Below are positions 28,635-40,600 of a stretch of DNA of 64,000 bases, one piece after another. Made by a program: the position numbers and the translations under genes. Origin of the DNA: a virus (taxonomy: Duplodnaviria > Caudoviricetes); IMG/VR virus record IMGVR_UViG_3300020434_000055; one strand, given 5' to 3'. Within the stretch, counting starts at the first letter, position 1. Every line of letters begins with the position of its first letter. The notes under the pieces were generated by a model. That model had not been told where the DNA came from. It searched no databases and was given only the letters and a program-made list of their open reading frames with translations.

Positions 28635-31600
28635 TTGCGGCAATGCCACTTCTTTTTGTCGCAAGAATCTAGCAATATCATTTTTCGTTTGACTTAATGG
28701 ATCTGTGCCAGTTTGCCATTTTTTACCTATTTTCCTAACAATTAGGATTTTTGTATCTACTACAGGGGTTTGTGTAAGTGTTATTCTAGCACTTGTTCCA
28801 TCTACACTAAATTCTGCAGGTATTATTGTATCAGCTTCTGGACTATCTTGACCATTAGCTGGGTCATATGCAGAAATAGGAGTTTTTTTCATCCTTTTAC
28901 CACCCACAAATAATTCAAATTCATTAACATTATTTGGTGTAAAACCAATAGTAATTATATTAGTACTACCATCTGCTGTATAAACTTCTGTTAAAAACTC
29001 ATCTTTATAAGGCACAGTTTGAAATTGTCCTTGATCAAACACTTCAGTACCTATAATATGTGTATTAGGTACTCCTGTTCCAAATGTTCCTCGTCTAAGT
29101 TGAGAAACTGTATTTCCTGATTTCATATAATATTCTATTCTTTCACCATCAATAAACAATACTCCAGGATTTCTACTTCCTATACTAGGTTGTGTTAATT
29201 CTGTTGCATCTATAAATTCTATTGACTGATCTGACCATAAAAGATTAGATGCTAAGAAAAATTTGTTATTATTTCCTAAACGTTTATAATGAGTTTTATT
29301 CATCATATCTTTAAATTGTCTATAACCAAATTTACCTATAAATCTTGGTGCTGTAAAGTGTACAATATCTATAACATCATCTTTAGCTAATCGTCTGTTT
29401 ATTTTTAGATACATTTGATCATTAGTTACTTTATAATCTACACTAGGTGCTAACATATCTCCATTAACTGAAACCCAAACATATTGAGCATCTTCAGCCA
29501 ATTGTCTTAATTTTATAAGTCCATTTGTTAATTGTTGATATAGATAATAATCATCTGTACCTACAGTAATAGATAATCTTGCAACTACGTCATAATTAAT
29601 TCTTTCTATTTTAGCTATATCATGATTACTAAATTGATATACTGTAATAGTTTCACTTTGAGCAGGAGCATTATTAATAGTAATTACACCTGTAGTTTCA
29701 TTTAAAGTATAATCACCATTTGACATTCCAAAAACTTTAAGTGTATCACCTATTTCTCCTACTCCTGTAATAAGTGTTATACTAGAAGTTCCAGCATTCC
29801 ATATATATTGAGATCCTTGAGATATTTCTACACCATTAAGAAATGCTCTTACGTCTGCAGGAAGTATTGTACCAGGTAATTGTTGCCAAGTTTCAAATTC
29901 ATATTCTCTATTATTATCTATTGTGAATACTTTATTAAATCCTGCATTAAGAATTTTATCTCCTACTTTAACAACAACATTATATGATAAAGGTTTTTTA
30001 TTAAAAGGTGTTTGACTTAATTGGAATGTATTAGTACTACCATCTCCAACAAAATTATCTTGAGTAACTTCACTAAAAGTTTGACTAGTACTTGCATATA
30101 CAACTATACTAACAACATCATTTTGTACTGGAGCAGTTGCAAATCTTACAACTACTCTGTTTTGAAGTGCATAAGAACTATCTGATTCGAAAATTGTATA
30201 TGAAACAACTTGACCATTCACTCTAACAAACGTATTAATACTATTAGGAATCCATACTGCTCTTGTTACAAAATCTGTAGTACTACCATCTGCGGTAAAT
30301 GTATCAAAGTCAAGTATTTTTTCTCCATTATTACTCATTGTAATAAAATTAACTTTAGAATTTAATCCTGGCGCGGTTACAAAGTCTATTTTTTTATTTT
30401 GATAATTTACAGTATATAAATTAGATTCTTGCAAAATATTATCTACTGTAACAAATATAGCATTAGCACTTTGAGGATATTCATCAAAGAAAAATGCTTC
30501 ATTTACTCCATCACCTATGTAATTGTAACTATTAATTTTACTTCCAGTTTCTCCTCCTTTATCATAAACTTGAATATCTACAGTATCAAGAACTTGTCCT
30601 GGTATAAATTCTTCTGGACCTTTAGATGTAGTAGGTGATACAAAATCATCACCTTCTACTATAATGTCTTCTGCTTTTAATCCTGTTGCAGTTGAATATG
30701 CTAAATCTCCTCCTTCTAATAAAGTATCATAGTCACCTGGATCTGGTAAGAAACTACCATCACTAGTAGATTTTCTTACTACAATTATATCACCATCAAC
30801 TGTAGGTACAGTATCAAAAGCAATACTTTGAGTAGAATCATCTCCTGTAATACTTTGAATCATTGCATTTGTATTAGTCACTGGAGTTGATGTTCCATAA
30901 TTAGGATCATCTATTCTAATTCCATTTTTATAAACATTATAAACTACTCCTGATTCTAAAGGTTTGCTTAACGTAATAACATTAGTACTACCATCCATTC
31001 TTAAAACTTCATCTTCATAAGCTGTATCATAAGTATCCCATGATCCGCTCATATAAGGATCACTATCCCAACCTGTAGAAGTGTCAAATCCTAAAGCTCT
31101 AACTTCCACACCTCCATAATCTATTCCATCTAAAATTTGTGCTAATTGATTACCAGGCATTCCTTCAGTTGGTTTATAGAAAAGAGTAATTCTGTCTTGA
31201 GCTTGTAACACAAATGCATCTATTGTATATTCTACTTTAATAGCATGAAGATTAGCAGGAGGCAAAGTAAATTGAATATGTCCTATGTATCTATTGTATT
31301 CTTTAGTTTTATCTAATATATTAGTAAAAGTATATTCACTTGTTAAACTTTCTACATTATTGACAGTTACTTTAATTGTATTAGATTTTAAATCCATTGG
31401 CCATTTTAAATAATAATCCAGTTTAGAATTATTTCCTGTAAATGTTTCTGTTCTTGCTAATGAAGTTATTAAAAATGTTCCTGTAGTTCTATCGAACTTA
31501 ACAGTAAGATGAGTAGATTTAACTAATGAACTTCCTAATACAGCACTTGCTCTAGCTGTTGTTCCAAGAGTTCCTCCTTGTAAAGTAACTGTAGGAGCTG

Positions 31601-34600
31601 AAAGATATCCTTCACCTTCTTTAGTAATTTCTATAGAAGTAACTTTTCCATTATTAATATATGATACAGCAGTAGCACCTGATCCACCACCTCCTGTTAT
31701 ATTAACTACCGGTGCATTAGTATAACCGTCACCTGCACTTCCTACATTAATTGATGTAATTTTAAATCCAACATTGTTTAACCAATGTTTAGCAGGATAA
31801 CTTATAATTTTTTGAGTACCTACTAAAGCACTATCTATAACTTTTGCAGTATTAGGTTCTATTTGTTTAAGATCATTATAAGCAGGTGCTAAATCAAAGT
31901 CAGTAACAACTGAACTAGATGGTTGCATTTCTTCATAAGAACTTACATATTCTCTAACGTTAGTTTTATAAGGTTTAGCTTCTTTAATATAATCTTCAAA
32001 ACTAGAAAGATTATCATTTTGGTAAGTAACTTTTTGTTTAAGGTCACCTACATTGTGTTTTGCCTTTACAAAACTTGTTTTAAATGCAAAATCTATTAAT
32101 TTATTTTCGCTAAATGCATATCTTAAACTAGAAAAGAAAAGTTTGTTATATTCTACTTTTAAATCATCAACAAATATTTTATCTCGTAAAGTTTCTAAAA
32201 TTGTTCTTGCTTCTATTACTGGTTGTCGATCATACAATACAGTATCATAACTAGTTGATTCATATCCTACAGTGCTTGAAGTAAAATTATATAAAGAATC
32301 TTCAAATGCAATTGTACCATTTTGTCTTCCAACAGTTTTATAATTTACAGTATAATCTACATTAGGTTGATCATCTATTTTTTCTAATATTAACCATCCA
32401 CCAGATCCTATATTTTCAATTTTTACTATATCTCCTACTTCATCAGATAAAGAATCTAACAAATATGATTGACTAATAGCATAATCTATTACTGTAAATT
32501 GGCTGTATCCTACATCATACCAATCAACATATTTCCAATAAAGATCAACATTATATTTTTGTGATGATGTTCTATTCCAACTACTTAAATCTGTGTCATA
32601 TGAATGTATTGCCCACTTACCAGCAATTCCAATATCACTGCTTACAAGTACACTAAATTTTCTAACAACAATTTTTGCCGCCGCAGTATAATTTTCTCCA
32701 GAAGCTTTCACAATTGCACTAGTAATTTTTCCATCACCATCAATTGCTAATTCTATTACTGCACCTTTTCCATTATCACCTATAATTTCATACGTAGGAA
32801 TAGTTTTATATGCTTTACCTGGATCAAGAATAGATACAGAAGTAACTTTTCCATTTTTAATAATTGGCATTAAAGATGCCTGTTTAACTTGGCTAACTCC
32901 TACAAAGTCTAAATCTCCTACTACATCTACTGTTTTATCATAAAGTCTAGTATATGTTGAAGGTAAAGGATCAGATTTTGTTAAAGGAGATAAATCTAAT
33001 TCATCTACAATTAAATGAGTTAATAATACAGAATTAATTTTTTCTATTACTTGTTTAAATGCTTCTTGATGATTAATAAACCATCCTTGTCTAGGTTTGT
33101 GTAAAGTTCCATATCTAAGTTTAGGACTTAAACCTTTATCAGGTACACTATTAAAGTTTTCATCATATCCAATTAAACTATTAAACCAAACTTTTTCTAT
33201 TTCTTTAGAAGGCATACTAGTTTCTAATCCTTCTGCCATAATTTGATATTCATTATGAATATTAAGTTCTTGATTAGCTATTGTCCAATAACGAACATTA
33301 AGAACAGTATCTAAACCATCCAATTGTGAATCACAATTAACTAGTGCAAATTTATTATTACTAAAAAATGTAACATATTTGTAACCTTGACCTTTAGGAT
33401 TATCTATAAGTTTAGCAATAGATTCTGCACTAAGATTTCTATATTCAAGTTCTGGTACTGATTGTTTATTTTTTACCCAATAATAATATTTAGGTGTAGT
33501 TATTTGAGCTATTTTATCGTAAACATTTCTAGTTACATATGCATTATCTACATATTTTGTTGTTCCAGTTACACCTAAAGCTACACCTTCAGAAGTATCT
33601 TTATATTGATCCCATTCACTAGGTTTGTAATCTGATTCTACCCACTCATATACATCAATAGATGATCCTACAAATTGTTTATTCCAATAATTATTGTTGA
33701 ATATAATATTACTTTGATAAGGATAATAATATTTTGCAGTACTTAAATCCCACCAAAGTCTTCCTACTTGTTCTGACGCCCAATAATTATTTTCATCTAT
33801 TACAACACTTGCAGTCGCAGTATTATAAACTGCTGGATCATAATAAGTTTTATAATATAATTCTTCTTCAGCAACACCTGGTATTTTACCTAACACAGGA
33901 TCAATATAATCTAAATTAGTAGTAACAACATTTGTTCTTTTATTATAAATGAACACACTTTTAATTTTATCAACATCTACTTGATCTACACCTTCGGCTG
34001 TTTGTGTCCAACTTGAAGCTCCTTTAGTTTTTCTAAAATCTACTATTGTTCCTGCATTCTTATCAGGTAACGTAAGTGAAGGCAATCCAACATAAATGTG
34101 ATTATCTTTAACCAACAAATTATTTCCAAATTCTACAATACCATCATTAGCATATGCAAATTTTTCAGCGTATAATAAAGAATTTCCTGATATTTCAAAT
34201 AAATGAACTACGCCACTATCAGACATTATTTTGTAAAATGTTGTTGCTCCTGTATCAAAAACTGTAGTTGTAGAATCAAATGCTGTATTAACTTGCATAT
34301 CTCCTTTTAGACTTGTAACTGCTAAAGTAGTGCCATCAAATCCTAACTGATGACCAAAGTTTTCTGAATTTTCACTATCAGGACTTACTAAACTTTGATT
34401 TAATACAAATACACCGTCTTGTTGAAGATATGTATAAACTATTCCTGCATCTACAGAATTAACAAAATCTTTTTTCGGACTACCTATAGCTATTATTGTA
34501 CCATCCTTAGATATGCTTACACTATTAGCAAAATTAATATTAGGTGAAGAATCTTCTGGAGTAGTAATAGTTTGAGAATATGTATAATAACCATTTTGTA

Positions 34601-37600
34601 ATCTATATACAGCAACTTTTTGTGCATCATTACCGTATAATAAATTAGATACAATAACTGTTCCTGTTGAATTTATATCGAATTGTTCTCCAAACATTAC
34701 TAAATTACTTTGATTTAGAGTTGAATCGCCTTCTAATGTTAACCCTGTATCATTAGGAACATAACCAAGATAATCTGTACCAGTACTTTGTAGAGTCCAA
34801 AAACTTTCGTCCCAAGCATTTGGTGAAAGATTAGTTTTTGCTTTGTATAATTCTAAATTATAAATTACTAAATCTCCTTCAGCATATGTAAGGGTTGGAT
34901 CGAACACACCCATATATAATTCATTTGTTCCTAACCACCAATTTTTAGTATTACTTTTTTTAATAAAATAAATTTTTCCAGCATTATTAGATATTAAATT
35001 ACCTTTAGCTCCTACATAAGCAACAGTTTCATCACCTACTTTTCTTATTTCTATTTTACTACCTAATCCTAAATTATCTTTAGTATCAGGTACTATGTAA
35101 GTACCATTGTATTCAAAGTCTCCACTTGTACCAAGTTCATAAATTACATATGCTCCTTGATTACTTTTAGCACTTTTATATCCGTCTCCTGCAATAATGT
35201 TGTATACTTGAAGATAATTTTTATTAGTATTTCCAGGTATTTCAGCAGTTCTTGCCACACCATCTAATGTAGATTCATCCCAGAACCAATATTCTAAATC
35301 AAAATGTCTTACTTCTATATCTGCTAAAGTTGTTGATTTTAATGTTTTTCCAGAATCAAATACAAAGTATGGTCCTCCTTGACCTAATGTATCTATTTGA
35401 GCTTCTTTAAGAACTCCTACTTTTCTATTTGGTGTTCCTAATAAAATTATATCAGTTGGAGCACCTGCATCACTTCCTTGAAAGAAAATGCCTGAAGCAT
35501 TTTTAAGAAATAATTGTAATCTATTAAATTCAATTGTTTTAACATAAGTGACTTCTGCTGTAGATCCTGATGTATCATCTTTTATATTATCGCCGACTAT
35601 TGGTACATAAAAATTACCTAAATTATCTGCTTGAGCATCTACAGTTATCCAACCATTCCATACGTCATTTATTGTAAGCTCTTTATTAATGTCAGCAAAA
35701 TCTAATCCCATTATACTTGGAGAAAAAACACTATTTTGATTATCTCTTAAAGTGTTTAACCAAGCATTAACAGTATTTCCAGCAACTTTGCCAGTCATAA
35801 CTCCTGGGCCTACTCTTAAAAAGAATCTTGAATCGGTAATTAAACCTGTAACAACAGGCTGACCTTGAATACTATAAGTTTTTTCATAAGATAAAATTCC
35901 TATTTCTGATGTTCTTACAACACCTGGTGAAGGAGTATTTTGAGATATTCCTAAAACATTAAAGTATTCATTTAGTGTTCTAGTAATTCCTTGTCTAATA
36001 ATATCTTGTACTACAAGATACGGGTTTGTTTCAGCACCTAAACTAGTATTAATAGTTGCCCCAACATCTATTTTCCACCAGCCACCTACGTAAGCATAAT
36101 CTTCTGTGAATGCTCGTATATAAGTTCCTACATTTATAGATCCTGCTTTAAGACTATCTGTAGTTGAAAAATTACCTTTAACATTTTTTAAGTAAATTAT
36201 AGATTGTGTACCTTCTTGATGCACATATGCTACTGTACCATCTGCTGTATCTGTACTAACAGTCTCGCCTCCATAAAGGCTGTTTAAAGTATCTGGTACA
36301 TTTAAAATATCATCTATTTTTTCTTGAATTACTTGTGACCCAGTAAGTACTGCTGTTACGTTTGCATCTACGCCATTAAATGGTTCATACGCAGAACCAC
36401 TTGGTGGTACAAAAGTATTAAATCCATTCCATTTTAATTGTAACTTATCTCCTACTGCTGTACCTTGATATTGATCTAATGATGCTCTAATTAATAAGTG
36501 ATCTGTAGTAGTATTTGGAAAAATATAATTTCCTACAATGATACTAGATATTGGGTCATAATTTCCTGTATTTGAATCATACGTTGATTCTTTTGCATGA
36601 GCATGACTGTCAAACGTTGTAAAGTCTACTGAAGGATCTTCAGCTAATATCGGATTTACAACTCTCCATAATTGTTGTTTATATTTTACTATGTCTCCTA
36701 TGACATATGTATTTGCTACATCATAATCTCCTTTGTAATAAGTTTTAACATTACTTGCCTCTGGGGCACCGACCATAAGATATTTTCCATCAGAACTTAT
36801 TGCTACGCTAGATCCGTATTTGCTACCAGCATCGAATACTTCTAAACTATTCAATATAGAATCTTGTGTTGGACAATCAATTGCTTGAACTAAAGTTGCT
36901 GTTGTGGCATCACTTGGTCTTTTAAAAATATAAACTTTTCCATCAGATTCATTTGGAGCACCTACTACTAAAATAGTATTTGAATCATTAGCTGACAATA
37001 CTTGGCCAAACAAAGTGTTTACTGTTACATTAGGATTAGATATTTCTTGGTGTGTTTTATATACAAATTTATTATTTAATACAGCCCATTTTTCATTGTC
37101 ATTTTGATCTACCCAAAATTTCTCATTACTTTGTAAACCACTGTCATTAATTTTTGAATTTATATCACTAATAGTTGCAATTCTTGATGATACAAATCGA
37201 CTTATATATCCTACTGCAGGATCTACAGCTACAACTGATTCGTTCTCATCACAAGTTATTACATTTAATTCTACTTTGTTTGCTTTTAAAGTATATGTAG
37301 AGTCACCTACTCTAATAGTAAAAATTTCACCAACAGTTATTTCTGCATTATTTTGTGTGGTAACTTTAACTAACTTGTTACTATCTAAAGTAATTAAAGT
37401 TATTTTTTGTTTAGAGTTAGAAAACTTAACAACATTCCAAGTATTATTATGATCACCTATCCATATATAGTTTCCTTCTTTTAATACAGAAGTATCCATA
37501 GTTAAAATATCATCATAATTTGCTATAGTAAAATCTATATCACTAGGATCTACTGGACCTGCAGTACGCAAATACGTATCTTTAATATATTTGGTCGGGA

Positions 37601-40600
37601 AAGGCGTATGTGCATAACCTTCAGGTTTAAGATATGTTTCATTATCTTTTTGTCTTATAACAAGATCTGTAGTTGTTGAATCTATGGTGTTAGTTAATTC
37701 AATAGGTTGTGGATTAAGTCTAAATTTACTTTCATCTAAAATATATTCTACTTCTTCAAATCCTTGAGTTACACCATAATGCCCTTTTCTTATAGCCCAT
37801 TCTTCATAAAATTCTACGCTATCTTTATCTGCACTACTTAATGCATCAAATAATTTAGTTAATGAATTTTTAGTTCCTTTGTCTTGAATGAATCCTTGAT
37901 AAAATTTATATTGAGATACATCATCATTAATTATATTTTGTAAGTATTGTCTTTTTTGATATCCTATTAAATGTTGTGCCATTCTTTGTTGACTTGAATC
38001 AAAATTATCTGTATCCAAATCATAAAAATCTGCAAATTGATTAGTTTTGTATTCAAAATTAGGTAATAAATCTGCTTTAGGTCTACCTTCTAATTTGCTC
38101 CATTCCTCATCATCAAAAGTAGCTGATCCTTTTATTTTATTTCTAGCAGTATAATAATATTCTTTATGTTTAACTAAATCACTCATTGCATAATCAGTAT
38201 AAGGTACCCAATCAACAACTAGAGCGTGGTCGTAAATAAATCCTGGAATGTTTAATCCACCTGTCCAGTCTTCTGTAATATAACCAAGAATTTTTATTCT
38301 ATCTTGTCTATAACCTGTCTCTGGATTATATATTGTATCATTGAATACAGTTGTATTATCAATTAATGCAACGTGTTCTTTTTGAACTAAAGGAATCTTA
38401 GCATAATAAATTCCATTAATAGTATTTTTAGTTAACAATTCATAGTCATTATATTTTTTTACTACTCTTATAAATTCTTTATCAAATTTAGTTCCATCTT
38501 CTTTAAATAATGTATAGTCATAAAAATTATCAAATACATTATCTCCTACACTATATTCTGTTTTTAACGTTAATTTATTAGCTAATGGACTTAAAGATAT
38601 AACTGATCCTTCTCCCCAATTCTGTGTAGTCCAGAATAAAAATTCTTTAGCACTCAATTGCCAATTAGCAACAGAACCTATATCACGATTAAATTCATTA
38701 AATTGAAAACCTTTAGATTCAAGATATTTTCCATAACCTAAAATAAAATCAACAACATCTTGAATTTTTCTAAACAAAGTACCATATGCAATTTCAGATG
38801 TAGTAGTTTCGAAATTTTGAGAAAATCTTGCTGAAGATCCTCCTTCAACAGGTAACTCTTTTAATAAAATAAATTTTGTATCATCAAATGTTGTACCCGA
38901 CATATGTTGTTCTTTTGTAGAATAAAAATCATTACTAAATTTTGCAATCATTCCTACATCATATCTTTTATTTTCTGCCCAATTAACATAAGAAGCACTT
39001 ATACCTCCTATTGTAAATTCTGGATCCATTGATTTTGTTATAGGTGCAAAATATTTAAGAGTTGGATCATTTTTATCATAACCTTTAATTGTAAATCCAG
39101 ATGTTAATTTTTCTATAATCAATCCACTGTAAGTTAATATATCTATAGGAGAACTTGTATTATAAATGATTTGATAATTTTCATCTGGTACAAATACGCT
39201 ACCTGTATTTGTAGGAGATTTACTATCTAATAATAATTTAAATTTGTCTTTTTTAGTATAACCACGAATTTTAAATCCTAATTGATTAGTAATTTTTTTA
39301 ACATTATTTCTGTAATCAGTATAATTTGTTAATACGTCAGTTTCAATGTATTCAAAAATATAATTTATTAAACCTGATGTATGCACTACTGTTTTATCAT
39401 TAACTGAATTTGGAAATTTTAAATTAGCTAATTTAAATCTAGAACTTGTATCTTTATATACAATTTGTTTTGCACTATTTCTAATTACTCTTGATCTATC
39501 AAATCCTAAAGACATAACATGACTTGGTTGATTTACTAACCATGCTGTTATAATTGCAAAAGGGTAATCCGAACTTCTTCTCCAAGCATTTTCCACTGGA
39601 GAATGATCACCAAATTTAAAAGGATTTCGAGTAAATTCTTGAACATACTCCTGAGCAAAATTACTATCAAGAGGACTTATAACTTCTCCTGAAGAATTAA
39701 CAGGAATATGTTTTAATAAATCTGGTCTTTTATATTCATCTTTTATTACAACATTTTTATCAGGTTCTCTAATTACACCGTCTTGTAAATCTTGCCATAA
39801 AATTAAATTATCACTAGTATAAGGAGCTGACCCATATGTAGTGTCCCACCAAGTTGGTTTTCCCACAAAACCTAACATCTCCCAAGGATGTGTATGTGGT
39901 CTATCTGTATCATAAGCGTGTTTATAAACACCTCTCCAGTGTCCTAACAAAGGATTTCCATCTGGACTAGACATATATCCATAATTGTAAGTAAACGAAT
40001 CAGTTCCACTATGATATGAATTTGTCGTATAATCGATATTATCTACATATGATAACCAATTAGTAAAATCTATTAATAAACTTTTATTGATAGCACTTAA
40101 AGAATAATCTGTTTTTCTGTATTCTCCTGGAACAAAATCAGTTAAATTAAATATTTCTGTATCATATTTTACTTTAATATTATTGTAAATTCTTTTTTCT
40201 AATTCTAATAATAAATCATCTCTATAATCATCATATGCAACACTAATATTTCCATCATGACCTTGAATCACATTGACTGGAGTTATTGCTGTAGTGTCAC
40301 TATATTTTGATGGTATAAATTTAGGATATAAACCTAATTTTGTTGGTGTTGCAGGAATAAAGCAACCATTTGTTGATTCATATTCAACAATAGTAAGAAT
40401 ATCATTTAATATTAAAGTAGATTTAATTTTTATAAATCCTTCTGTTGTAAATGTGTAATCTGTATCATGCAATAATTGTGCATCATTTTTATAAATTAAT
40501 ATAGATTTTGAACTTAATTCATCTAATGAAAATACATTTGTTAATTGATAATATGGATTACCTGGATCTGTAATTGTAAATGTTGTTTTCTTTGCTCCAC